Shown: one piece after another, positions 36,441-51,722 of the stretch
Layout: every line of letters begins with the position of its first letter
Numbering within the stretch: position 1 is the first letter of the stretch
From: Eledone cirrhosa
Lineage: Eukaryota
Assembly: GCA_964016885.1 (NCBI GenBank)
Contig: OZ024742.1
Span: 70,742,001-70,806,000, forward strand
Reading direction: 5' to 3'
DNA: 64,000 nt
Position numbers and translations under genes: made by a program
Notes under the pieces: model-generated
Databases searched by the model: none
Told to the model about the DNA's origin: nothing
What the model saw: only the letters and a program-made list of their open reading frames with translations

Positions 36441-36443
<3 letters not shown>
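35009..36443 (+). mobile_element. RTE LINE subfamily B, 5'-truncated
   Basis: [10 protein letters not shown] through PHD-like finger to RRLRWYGHV (ORF 35289-36107); B-type UTR and (GAT)n tail. Confidence 0.93.
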
Positions 36444-38848
<2,405 letters not shown>

Positions 38849-38850
<2 letters not shown>

Positions 38851-39104
38851 TCATCATCATCACCGTTTTACATCCGTTCTTCCACGCTAGCATGGGTTAG
38901 ACGGGTTGTCCTGTTGTGGGCAGTGTCTGGTCGGCTGACCATGCCTTACTCATACAGGAACTGATCTGGCTTGATTTCTACAGCTGGATGCCCTTCCTAA
39001 CACCAACCTCATTTACAGTGAGTGCTGGGTGCTTTTTCGTGGCGCCTACACGTCCACTTTACAGTGTGGGCTGGGTGCTTTTTTGCCGTGGCACCTCCAC
39101 GGCC
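38849..39104 (-). mobile_element. RTE subfamily A 3' tail only
   Basis: Near-identical reverse complement of about 21510-21763; flanked by (TA)n. Confidence 0.9.
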
Positions 39105-39116
39105 ACATATATATAC

Positions 39117-39163
<47 letters not shown>

Positions 39164-39224
39164 CATATATATATACATACATATATATATACATACATAT
39201 ATATATACATACATATATATATAC

Positions 39225-39680
39225 ATGGTGGCTGCCAACTCGTTTTCGAGTACGGCCACTACTTTATATCCATGTAGGAGAACCCCTACCGATGCGCTGA
39301 ACGGGTGTGACTTTTTAGTCCAGCCAGCGACTTGAAAACTCTGGTACAAACACTACACTTGTGACAATTACTGACACATAGTGCTGGGCCCATGGTACCA
39401 TGTGACGACAAGTGCAGAGAGATCTCCAGATATAAAGCAATGCCTGTGCCGTGAAGCTTTTATAGTGAGCAAAGGCACTGCACAAAGCCAGTCCCACTCT
39501 CTTAACCAAGATGATATTTACCAAAAAGAAGAACAAGTCAACATCATTGGATACCATCAGGGTTGCAGGTGTTATATCAGAGTTTTCCTTCTCCTAGAAT
39601 TCTGCCTTGACAAAGGCTAAGGGGTCATCTCTCCCGGTGATTTTGGATGGCCATTGACTCTTAAGAGCTCCTTTGCCCTA
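39225..39680 (-). mobile_element. 3' end of a BovB-like RTE with terminal C2H2 finger
   Basis: Minus strand [23 protein letters not shown], then tail TGGCCGTACTCGAAAACGAGTTGGCAGCCACCAT. Confidence 0.65.
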
Positions 39681-39756
39681 CATACATATATATATACATA
39701 CATATATATATACATACATATATATATATACATACATATATACATACATACATATT

Positions 39757-39787
<31 letters not shown>

Positions 39788-39877
39788 TTATATATATATA
39801 TATATATATTATACATATATATATATATATATATATATGTATTTTTACCCGCCTTAGATATATATGTATATATATAT

Positions 39878-41450
39878 AAAAAGTGCAATATAGAAAGAAC
39901 TAGGAAACAGTTACGTAGGTTCTTTAAAAGCTTTAATCTAAGTATTACCATAGATGCAAATGACAAAACAGTAAACTTCCTAGACGCCACCCTTGACCTA
40001 GAAACTAAAACATTTGCACCCTACCATAAACCTAATGATAGACTAACATATGTAAACGCCAGCTCCAACCACCCCATATCAGTCCTAAACCCAATTCCCA
40101 GGGGAGTCTCTAATAGAATTAGCAGACTGTCCTGTAATGAGAGTATCTTCAACTCCAATGCAGAGTATTATGACAAGGCCCTAGCAGAATCTGGTTACGG
40201 GAATAGATTATCATATATACATAAGGACTCCCAAACCATGAGTGAGAAACCTACCAACATAATCACACATAGTATGGCCACAAAGCCTAACCAACTTAGA
40301 GGCAAGAATAATAGTAAGAACCCTAATGGCGGTAACCCAGCTAAATGTAAACCACGTAGAGACAATACTAGAGTCCCTCACCACAACTCTAAAACAGCAA
40401 AAGATCATGCCATGAATATAAACCATCCGGGCTTAAGCAAAACAGACAACGCCACTAACGTTAATAACGGAACCCTACAAAATAGTATGCACAGTAACGA
40501 GACTCACCCCACAGATAAGAAAAATAGAAGAAGGAAAAACATGTATTTTAACCCACCTTTTAACTCTGAGGTCCTCACTAACCTCCCCAGAGTATTCTTC
40601 TCATTATTAGAAAAAAACTTCCCACCAGACAATAGATATCGCAACATAATTAACAAAAACGTGATTAAATTATCCTATTTGACCACACCTAACCTCGCAT
40701 CACACCTAGCACGCACAAACATTAGGAAAACTAGGGAAGGTTTCGAAGCAATTAAAATGGCAGTTAACCACCAGCAACCGACAACACTGGAAAATGGGCA
40801 ACATAATAGCATCACTGAGCCATCTAATGATATAGAGGCACCTAGTGATAATGCTAGTAACCAAAGTTCGGGAGGTACGCTAACTGATCGAACCCGCAGT
40901 TGCAATTGTAGGCGGAGTAGTAATTGTCCCCTAAGGGGGGATTGCCTCGTGAAAAACATTGTATATGCATGTGACGTAACCACACACAACTCTACCAAAA
41001 CATATATAGGATCAACGTCCTATACATTTAAAACTAGATTTAACGCGCATATGCACACATTTAGACACGATAGACATAAGAATACCACCTCACTGGCGGG
41101 ATACATCTCCTTTTTAAAAAATAATAGTACCCCATACAAACTTTTTTCGAGGAAGCTTACTAGATCCACGACATACCGACCGCAGAGCGGGAGTTGTGAC
41201 CTGTGTTTACTGGAATGCCATGCCATAATACACTCTAAACTGAACCTGCTTAACAGGAAATCGGAAATTTTCTCCTCTTGCCAACACAAAATCCTGAGTT
41301 CCTTCTTCTATTTTAAACCTAGCACATAGGCGTAACATATATTATGCAACCCCCACCTAGACATACCCCTCCTTGACTATAGCTTCCCCCCCCCCCAACC
41401 CATAACCCAGATAGATGGGTAGCCTAAGGGTGGAACAGTCCCCTACAAGG
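39878..41450 (+). mobile_element. Penelope-like element (RT C-terminus and GIY-YIG endonuclease), 5'-truncated
   Basis: Continuous frame about 39878-41329: [63 protein letters not shown]. Confidence 0.9.
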
Positions 41451-42866
41451 TTGGTGTTTGTGTGTGTGTGTGTATTCTCCTTTTCTCTCTCACACACAGA
41501 CATATGTATATGTGTGCGTATGTGTGTGCATGCATGCATGCCTGTGTGCGTGTATTGTATACATGTGTATTGTATATATATATGTATATTGTATACATGT
41601 GTATTATATTGTGTGTATGTGTATATGTGATATGTATGTGTATATATATATGTATGTGTATATGTGTGTGTATGATATGTATATATGTCTGTATGTATGT
41701 ATATTTTTTCTGTAGAAGTCTTCTCTATATGTGGTGTTTGGCATGAATTCTTCCTATGATACTCTTCTTTGAGAGGAGCACGATATGTAGAGTAACACAT
41801 ATGTATTGTCGCAGTTGAAACTGAGAACCACCACCCCTCCTGCTGACCCAAATGTTTACTGAGGACCAGAACACCATTCTCCACAATATGAGAGAGGTAT
41901 GCGCTTGCCGGACTATTGATGACCATAACATCACATTCCAAGGTAATGGCAAAACACAGTGAATGCTAAACACGACCAGAACACCACAACATGCACATCG
42001 GAGCAACAGAGATATAATATCAATAAGCGAATCAATTGAAATTTTTTGAGTTGATACATGTCCGATACACACAGACACATATAAATATGTGTCTGTGTGT
42101 ATCGGACATGCTTACACATAAAGAAACTGCTGACCTAAATGTACCTGTCATGCCTGTCTGAATTCCTAAGAGAATTTTCGGTCAGTTACTATCTTGACCG
42201 ATTACCCTCACAATTACTACATAGCGGTTCTTGCACGTGACTGCTGGACCCGGATGAAACGAAGACGAAGAATTTCCTTGCGTACCGTTTTGTACCACAG
42301 ATGCGATCTCACTCTGCCTCGTTAATGTTCAATCGACACCAAAGTTCTACGTTCGGGGCAATAGAATTGAATCCAACCACCGACAACATAGTTGGATGAC
42401 CGATAATCACACCAAACCGGAGTACTGTGATCCTTGTGATTTCGAGATATACAACCACTGACACTGTTACGAAGACCAGAAAACCATACTCCATAATATT
42501 GAACCAAGTGATTGATTTGTGCGACCAAAATAACACCACACACATATTGAACTAGGAATATTGGATCCTCCGTCAATGTCTGGGTGAGCAAAAATAGATT
42601 TCTATCTGCATTGGAATTTACGAACTTGTGCATCTGCTGTGGTATCAAAAACAAACGCACATGACCGCACAAATGAACAATGGACTATGCCACGTGGGTT
42701 GAACCTGCAAGTGAATTGAAGGTTGTGTAACTCTGATATGCAGATTATTTATTATTAAGATGTATAAACTTGACATAACTATTATCATCTTATATTCTCT
42801 CAACTAATCACATTTGATTATATTTCTCTATCCCGTTTTCTCCCCCCATATTTATATTTTTATTTG

Positions 42867-42902
<36 letters not shown>

Positions 42903-43031
42903 GGTTTTTTTACATTGTGTTTTTCCCTTTCTAATACTTGCTTATATTTCTTTATATATTCTCTATATATTTTTTTTTATCTTTATTCTTATTTTCACTT
43001 TTATCCTCCTTTATATTTTACCTTATTATAG

Positions 43032-43192
43032 TGTGCGGACGCCATGCTTTCCAGCATAGTTACGTCCCTTTACGATCTGAATTCAAATCCCGCCGAGGTT
43101 GACTTTGCCTTTCATCCTTACGGGGTCGATAAAATAAAGTACCAGTAATGCACTGGGTAATTGCTGGCCTTGTGCCTAAAGTAGAAACAATT
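43032..43192 (+). mobile_element. SINE family 1
   Basis: TGAATTCAAATCCCGCCGAGG..GTAGAAACAA; ATTATAG duplicated on both sides. Confidence 0.88.
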
Positions 43193-43308
43193 AATTATAG
43201 ATTATTATTATTACTCTTTTTCCATTTCTAATTACCTCATGTACTCTCTCCTCCGTTTTATATATATATTGTATGCCCTTTGTGTGTGTGTAGCCTCTGC
43301 ACACCCTC

Positions 43309-43777
43309 AGAAAAACCTGGGACGACCTGATAAATTCCGACCTCACACACTTACACCTCACCAAGACAATGTCACTGGACCGAGATCTTTGGCGGTACTC
43401 AGTAATAGAGAAGACCCGCCTTACCTAAAGTAAAACCTACTACAGTCAGTAGTCATCTCTAACAAAATACACCCCCGTCCCATCCACACCGCCCCTTTCA
43501 ATGTAAAGTTATGTTGGTGCCACATCCAGGCCGAAACAAATGAGATCGTGTAGGTGTCACGACAAAAAAACACACAGTCCACGCTGTAATGTGGCCGTGC
43601 AGGCAACACGGTAAAAACCTCCCAGTCCCACACTGTAAATGTGGTTGGTGTTAGGAAGGGCATCCAACTGTAGAAAACCCGCCAGACAGTCCTATGCGAG
43701 CAAGACAACCACTCTTGCCTCAAGTGGGAAAACTCCCGTCCAAACCCATGCAAGCGTGGAACATGGATGTTAAACGA
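43309..43777 (+). mobile_element. RTE subfamily B 3' end
   Basis: Matches 32460-32946; ends GTTAAACGAT. Confidence 0.9.
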
Positions 43778-46128
43778 TCTGACTCTAGCTACTATACTTT
43801 CAGAGCACCCTCCCCCACTGCTGATTTTGTCACCCAGGTAACGGAAGCTGTCCACTATTTCTATAGAACCCTCTGCGCTAGTATTTTGTAGGCACTTGCT
43901 GCTACTTATTGCACCAGAGCACCGGCCACATGTAAAATCTATGTTCTTAGTTAGCTTACCTGTGATCCCACTACATCTTTTATGCACCCATACTTTGCAT
44001 TTGGGACATAAAATGGAGTTTCTACCTACGCCTTTCCTACATACTGAGCATGGCCATTTCCCAGAAGGGACCGGTGCCTTATTTTCTTTCCTACAAACTA
44101 GAACTTTAGTCTTAGCCAGGTTAATTTTAAGGCCTTTTGATTCTAGGCCGTGCTTCCATGTTTGGAATTTCTTCTCTAGCTCGGCCATTGATTCAGCTAT
44201 GAGCGTTAGATCATCTGCGTATAGGAGTTCCCATGGGCAGCTGGTCTTGAACTCCACTGTTATAGCCTGAAGGGCAATAATAAATAGTAGGGGGCTAAGA
44301 ACAGAGCCCTGATGAACACCAACTTTTACGCTAAACTCTTCACTATATTCGTTGTTAATTCTAACCTTGCTGACTGTTTCTTTATACATGGCTTGTATAG
44401 TTCTCACAAGCCATTCGTCAACACCTAGTTTTCTAAGGGCCCACCAGATAATGGAACGGGGGCCTCTGTCGAAGGCTTTCTCCAAGTCGACAAAAGCTAA
44501 GTATAGAGGTTTACTTTTAGCTAGGTACTTCTCCTGTAGTTGTCGTACAATGAAAAGAGCGTCTGTGGTGCTTTTGCCTGACACAAACCCGAACTACATT
44601 TCATCTAGATCAATTCTCTCTCTGATTAGTTGCGCTATTACTTTTTCCGTGACCTTCATGACCTGGTCGATTAATTTAATGCCTCTATAGTTACTCCTAT
44701 CTAGGGCATCTCCTTTACCTTTGTAACAGTTAATGATGATGCTGCTACGCCAGTCCTTCGGAACAACCCCATTCTGTATGACTTGGTTTACTATCCGGGT
44801 GACCATGGTGTGTCCCACCGTTCCAGAGGCTTTCAGCATCTCAGCAACTATTTCCGAAGGCCTAGCCGCCTTACCCGTCTTCATATCTTTGATTGCCTTA
44901 CTTATTATACTACCTTTGACTAACACTGCTGGTCCCTCTATTGGGTCAATGTGGGGGAAACTGTCTTTCTCCCATTTATTCTCCTCATTTAGTAGCCTTT
45001 CGTAGTGACACTTCCACGCTACCTTCTTATCAGCGTCAGTGATGGCAAGTATGCCATCATCATTAAGTACACACTTCTCCCCGACAATATCACGGTTTTC
45101 CTTGACACATTGTCTAGCAATCCTGAACACCTCACGTTTTTGGTCCTCGCGTTGTAGAACATGCTTGAACTTTCTTTCCTCTGCTTCCCTTCTTGCGAAG
45201 TACACTTGTCTCCTAGCTTCCCTCCTGGCCACTTGATAGTCTTCTCTACTTCCCCCATCCCGCCATACTTTCGAAGCCTGCTTTTTGGCCTTAATTGACT
45301 CCTCCACCTTACTGTTCCACTACCATGTTACTCTCCTCCTGCCTACAGGCCTGCTCCAGCCACAGACTTCGTCTGCCACCGTCAGCAGGTTTGCTTTCAG
45401 GAATTCCCATTGTTCCTCTATATTGTACGACTCTAATTGCTCTTCCTTACTGTCGAAAGCATCAAGTAATATGCTTTTAAATTTATTTCTGGCTGTGGGG
45501 TCCTTTAGCTTCCATATTTTTCTCCTGAGGATAGTCCTCTTCTGCTGTCTAGTACGTCTCCTCCTGACTATTAGGTCGCTAATTATCAGTCTATGTTGGG
45601 AAGTGCATTCTTCATGGAGGAGGGATTTAGTGTTTATAACAGACACTCTGTCACGTCTTCTGGTAAGGATATAATCTACCTGGCTTGTGTGTTCCCCCGA
45701 TCTATAGGTGATTGTCTCGTTTTTTGAAGGTTATTTGCATCACAGAATTCCAGGATTCTGGAGTCTTCCTCATTTCTAGTACCAAACCCATAGCCTCCAT
45801 GGATTCCGTCATAGTCGTCACAATGTTGTCCAACGTGACCATTTAGGTCGCCTGCAATAATTATATAGTCACTGTCGGTTATTTGGGAGGTAGTGAGCAT
45901 CAGTGTCTCATAGAATCTGTCTTTTATAGTGCCGGGCAGTCCGGATTGGGGTGCGTACGCAGATATTACTGTCACCGTAGTTCTGTTGAGGACAAGTCTT
46001 ATTTTAATTATTCTGTCGTTCACTCTATTTACGTCTATTATCTTATCTGCCCACTTTTCTGCTACCATGATTCCTACTCCACCCAGCCCATTGTCATTTC
46101 CCACCCAGAAAAGCTTATAGCATCGTTC
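43778..46128 (-). mobile_element. RTE subfamily B, APE + RT + PHD-like finger, inverted segment
   Basis: YKLFWVG..GGVGI..SAYAPQ..IAGDLNGHVG (APE); NYRGIKL; LYADD; PHD; ends at ..IVARVR. Confidence 0.93.
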
Positions 46129-46145
46129 TATATATATATATATAC

Positions 46146-46178
<33 letters not shown>

Positions 46179-46187
46179 CATATATAT

Positions 46188-46877
46188 ACGTGAACGGCAA
46201 AGCATAAACGAACTAAGGAAAAAATTAGAAATAAGAGGGATCAGATGTTGTTTACTCGAGAGAAGGCTACGTTGGTATGGTCACGTGATGCGCATGAAGG
46301 ACGATAGCTGTATAACAAAGTGCAGGGCAATAAAGATAGACGGTAGCCACGGAATAGGCAGACCCAGAAAAACCTGGGACGAGCTGATAAATTCCGACCT
46401 CACACACTTACACCTCACCAAGACAATGTCACTGGACCGAGACCTTTGGCGGTACTCAGTAATAGAGAAGACCCGCCTTACCTAAGTACAAAGTAAAACC
46501 TACTACAGTCAGTAGGCATCTCTAACAAAATACACCCCCATCCCACCCACCCCACCCCATCCACACCGCCCCTTTCAATGTAAAGTTATGTTGGTGCCAC
46601 AACATCCAGGCCGAAACAAATGAGATCGTGTAGGTGTCACGTCAAAAAACACACAGTTCACGCTGTAATGCGGGTGTGTAGGCAACACGGTAAAAACCTC
46701 CCAGCCCCACACTGTAAATGTGGTTGGTGTTAGGCAGGGCATCCAGCTGTAGAAAACCCGCCAGATAGTCCTATGCGAGCAAGATATCCACTCTTGCCTC
46801 AAGTGGGAAAACCCTCCGTCCAAACCCATGCAAGCGTGGAACACGGACGTTAAACGATGATGATGATGATGATGATG

Positions 46878-46879
<2 letters not shown>
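46188..46879 (+). mobile_element. RTE subfamily B 3' segment
   Basis: RERQSINELRKKLEIRGIRCC..; B-type UTR; (GAT)n then (TA)n. Confidence 0.93.
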
Positions 46880-46922
<43 letters not shown>

Positions 46923-46969
46923 TACATATATATATATATATACACACATATACATATATATATATAGAT

Positions 46970-47318
46970 GGAGGCACATGGCTTAGTGGTTAGGGCATTG
47001 GCCTTGCAATCGAAAGGTTGTGAGTTCAATTCTCAGACCGGGTGATGTGTTGTTTCCTTGAGCAAGACACTTTATTTCACATTGCTCCAGTTTACCCAGC
47101 TGTAGAAATGAGATGATAGGGACTGGGGTCCATATCATTCCACTGCAAAGTGATCGTGGAGGTGCCACGGCAAAAAAGCACCCTGCACTCACTGTAAATG
47201 AGGTTGGTGTTAGGAAGGGCATCCAGCTGTAGAAATCAAGCCAGAATCAGTTCCTGTCCCACCCTTGCAAGCAGGGAAAAACGGACGTAAAATGAAATGA
47301 TGATGATGAAAATGATGA
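46970..47318 (+). mobile_element. SINE family 2, full length
   Basis: A box TGGCTTAGTGG, B box GAGTTCAATTC, core TCCTTGAGCAAGACACTT, RTE-A-like tail and (GAT)n; embedded in (TA)n. Confidence 0.92.
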
Positions 47319-47335
47319 CACACATATACATATAC

Positions 47336-47392
<57 letters not shown>

Positions 47393-47393
47393 C

Positions 47394-47428
<35 letters not shown>

Positions 47429-48141
47429 CATATATATACATACGTATATATACATACATATATATATATGATGATGATGGCTGCCCCCTCATTATCGAGT
47501 ATGGCCATTGCACGAGAAAATAAATGAATAAATTAAAAAAAAATTAAATTTAATAAAAAAAAAAATATATATATATATATATACACATACATATATATAT
47601 ATATATACACACACATACATATACATACACATATATTAATAACAATAATAATAATAATGATTTCTTAATTGGCCACAAGGGCTGACATCAAGAAATACAT
47701 TACAGACGGTACAGGACGGTACGATGTAGGTTTTATCGAGTAACATTACTCCAAAGACCCTGCGGAGGAATCCTATTTCGGCCGCTTGTATTCGCGATCG
47801 TATTCTTTCGGTCATTATCCAAGAATCATGACCATAGGTAAGTTAAACCGAATTTAACACAAGTTTGGCTTTTAAGCCTACCTACTTTCTTCTGATTACC
47901 GAATGCTGAAGCTGGCGCATTACTGCTCCAGCTTTTGCAATTCAGTAAATCACAGATCTACTGAATCACCTAATGTTGAGTTTCATACCTATTCTTAGTG
48001 AGGCTACTGGATATTTACCAACTTCCTAGACCAAATTATAACTGAAATTGGATTTGTAGAGGAAGAACGCTGCTTGTTAATTCATAAGCTATAAATATTC
48101 ACGTTATCTAGAACCTTCAAAACCTTAAAAAAATTCTAGAC

Positions 48142-48445
48142 CAGTGGTCTCCAACCTTTATTATATTACTGACCGGCTTCATGCCGGACAATCTTTCCGT
48201 GGACCGGTAGTTGGACATATGTGTTATTTAAGTGCATTTTGATAAAGAGAGCAATTTATTAAAGGGAAGAAAAAGTGTATTGAGTATATGAATATCGAAT
48301 ATTTAAACAAATCTTTTAAAATTAAAGTCCAATATTCAATTTATCTATTATATAATTTTAAACAAATTAATTATTTCTTTGCGGCCCGGTAGCAAATGAT
48401 CCACGGATCAGTACCGGTCCGCGGCTGGGTGGTTGGGAATCTCTG
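48142..48445. mobile_element. hAT-type MITE
   Basis: TIRs CAGTGGTCTCCAACC / GGTTGGGAATCTCTG; perfect 8-bp TSD TTCTAGAC. Confidence 0.88.
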
Positions 48446-48639
48446 TTCTAGACGACGAAAATTTCCTTTTCTTTTCAACAATAACACCTGGAAGGTGGCC
48501 TGTTAAAACAAGCGTGAAATAAAGTATCTTGTTCAAGGACATAATGCACTGCCATGAATCGCATACAAAAACTTACGATCGTGAGTAGAACAGTATAACC
48601 TCGAAGCCACGTGCCTTTACAAATATTTTTATTATTTAT

Positions 48640-50030
48640 ATAAGAAAAGAAAAAAAAAGGACATAGAAACATATATATATATAAACAATAAAAATGAAAA
48701 TGAAAATTGAAACAATGAAAAATTCCCCAATAGGGGGGGGGAAACCTCCGAGGGTTACTCGTGGCGAAAACCACACAAAAGACCACGGCCACCCTGACCA
48801 CCAGGGCAAGCGCCGTCTCTCAAACTACAGACGTATATTCAGAGTGGTCCCGTTCACTCAAACCATTCTCGTTACATTCACCCACCTTTCAACAAACTTG
48901 CTAGAAGGCAGCACTTGCCTCTCCACCCTGATTTTCCTCTTCAAGTGAAACTTGAAAAAGTTAATTAGGGATTCGCCGAAGAGGAAAGTGTCTGTCTTTA
49001 ACCCTTTTAACTTTGTCCACCACACAATCTCTTTCGCCATGGCCACCAGGCAGATGAAAACTGCCTGCCCTTCCTCCTCGAAGGAAGACGGCGAGACCAT
49101 CTGCACAATGGACTCAGTTGACAACCGGATCAGTCCTACACGCGACAGCAACTGTTCGACATAGCTTCACAAGTCAGCAATGCTCGGGCACTGAATGAGT
49201 GCGTGCACGACGGTTTCGTCGCTCTGTGCGTATCTCGGACAGGCTCGGCTGACAGCACTTCCGTGCCTGTAGAGCTTATCTCGAACCGGTAGCACTGCCA
49301 GGCCAGGGATTTTTGGAAGTTATCCATAGGCTCCGGGTTGAAAGTTCTCCGGAAGAGAGCAAACAGCTGATCTTCTTCAACGCTCAGGATCTCTCCGAGA
49401 ATGTCGTCGCTCTTCCCCTCCACTTCACAGTGTGAAGGCTTGTGCTTCGGAGATTCTGGTTTCACTGATGGCCACCACATCTATGTTTAGTGACCTGAGG
49501 TCGTTGAGCAGGTGACCCTGCTTCCAAGATGACCCCAGGCCACGTGCATTTATACTGCCTATTCTGAGTACGGCCATGTTGGATGAGAAACGGCGCAAGT
49601 GAGAAAGGGTCACTTACCTTGATCATGTGGTGAAGGGACAGTAGAACCGTCCCTTTCGCTGGTCATGGGTGTTTCCAAGAGGATGTCAGTGTATATCCTC
49701 TTGGTAACCGACCCCCTGAAGTCTCCAACTGCGTTGGGGAATTTTTGTTTTAAAGGTTTGTACTGTTCTATTGAGATTTCGATGATGCTTATGTTTGTCG
49801 GGAGAGTTCTTGGTGTTGGTGGGGTGTAGTAGTTTTTTTCTGTGATGTCTGTGTGCTGCTTTATATGTTGTAAGAGTTCTTTTTTTGCCACGTGTTTGTG
49901 TCTATATTGTATCTGTATTATTTTTGACCGTCGGTCAGTCAATGGCAACATTGAGGACCGAGTATATTATATTATATTAGATTACCGATATAAAAGACAC
50001 AGAAGCGAAAAGCGAAAACCAACCAAACAG
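48640..50030 (-). mobile_element. Internally deleted L1/Tx1-like element
   Basis: ORF1-like 49610-49951; APE start MAVLRIGSINARGL..DVVAISET joined directly to a zf-RVT-like region homologous to 29599-30200. Confidence 0.78.
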
Positions 50031-50136
50031 TGAGTGTGTTCTGTTATTAATTCTGGCAATATTACACAAATATGACCCCCGCCCAAGTATAATAATATTT
50101 GTTTCGACACACGATTTCATATAAAAAACCTCGCAA

Positions 50137-50177
<41 letters not shown>

Positions 50178-50204
50178 TATATATATATATACATATATAT
50201 ACAT

Positions 50205-50511
50205 ACATATACGCAGTATTACAGAAGACCCAACTTCCCATGGGTACAAGCCGCCGAAGCTGATCCATATAGACAATATACCCCCACCCCCTTCCACTGC
50301 AAAGTGGTCGTGTTAGGTGCCACAGCCAAAAATCACCCAGCCCACACTGTAAATGAGGTTGGTGTTAGGAAGGGCATCCAGCTGTAGAAATCAAGTCAGA
50401 ATCAGTTCCCGTATGAGCAAGACAAAGTCAGCTGACTGGGCGCTGCCCACAACAGGACAAGCCATCTAACCCATGCTAGCGTGGAAGAATGGACGTAAAA
50501 CGGTGATGATG
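50205..50511 (+). mobile_element. RTE subfamily A 3' end
   Basis: Matches 21420-21763; flanked by (TA)n. Confidence 0.88.
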
Positions 50512-50561
<50 letters not shown>

Positions 50562-50818
50562 TGAGTAGTACAGTGAATTACTGGTACCAAATCAAGCATT
50601 CTATGCACATGCAGAGTATATATAATAGAAAAAAATGAGAAAGTTTTGTTTACATCTAAAAAATATTTAGTGTATCGACCTGTTATGTGCATTTTGCAGA
50701 GGAATGAATCAAGGTAGCCCATAGGAGTTATGGACCTGACTCCACTATTGATCTGCTCCTCAGATTGTTGATGTGACAAAAAAATATATTTTTGTTGTGG
50801 TATGTAAGATGAACAGGT

Positions 50819-51165
50819 CATCATCATCATCATCATTTCATTTTACGTCCGCTTTTTCCCTGCTTGCAAGGGTGGGACGGGAACTGATTCTGGCTTGATT
50901 TCTACAGCTGGATGCCCTTCCTAACACCAACCTCATTTACAGTGAGTGCTGGGTGCTTTTTTTTTTCCCGTGGCACCTACACGTCCACTTTACAGTGGAA
51001 TGATAGGGACCCCAGTCCCTATCATCTCATTTCTACAGCTGAGTAAACTGGAGCAATGTGAAATAAAGTGTCTTGCTCAAGGAAACAACACATCACTCGA
51101 TCTGAGAATTGAACTCACAACCTTTCGATTGCAAGGCCAATGCTCTAACCACTAAGCCATGTGCC
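50819..51165 (-). mobile_element. SINE family 2, full length
   Basis: Reverse complement of 46970-47318. Confidence 0.92.
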
Positions 51166-51334
51166 AGGTATATATATATATAAGTATCTGCCCTATTTGT
51201 TTGTCTGTGGGCATATGTGTGTATTGTTTATATATATATGTATGTGCGTGTGTATATACTTATGTGCATGTGGGGGTTTGTGCGTCTGTATGTATATATA
51301 TATATTTATATATATATATGTCTGTGGGAAGCAT

Positions 51335-51710
51335 GTCTAGGGCGGGTAAAATTCCCAAGATCCATGGACGAGTTCTCTCCAGCGGTCTCTGTCCCTCATT
51401 ATCACTGATATGTCCTGTGTCTCCAAGAGTCCAGTGTCTGTCCTTAGGGCATCAACATATGTTAACCTCAGTCTTCCTCTTCCAGTGTGTCCATGCAGGG
51501 GCTCCCACAGGAGCACTGAGTGCAGTATCAACTCTGGATGTCGGTGAGCATGTCCAGCTAACCTCAGTCTCCTCTGTGTCACTTTTGAGCTGACTTTTGG
51601 GAGGCTCCCGTACAGCTCTGAGTTCTTCATCCTCAGTGTATACTGATTAATGTTCAGAGCCATCCTCAGCATTCTCGTGTAGCAGCCATCCACCATCTGA
51701 GTGAGTTTCT
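51335..51710 (-). mobile_element. RTE-group LINE 3' fragment
   Basis: DGCYTRMLRMALNI..ELYG.LPKVS..RRLRLAGH..LLWEP.HG; 12-bp flanking duplication TGTGGGAAGCAT. Confidence 0.8.
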
Positions 51711-51722
51711 TGTGGGAAGCAT

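Noticed and set aside
43421-44584. RT ORF with a novel C-terminus
   Set aside because: Chimeric read-through from the inverted RTE segment into the antisense tail of the neighbouring copy.
46970-47040. Possible tRNA gene
   Set aside because: A and B boxes continue into a SINE core and LINE-like tail; multiple copies and no clean acceptor stem.
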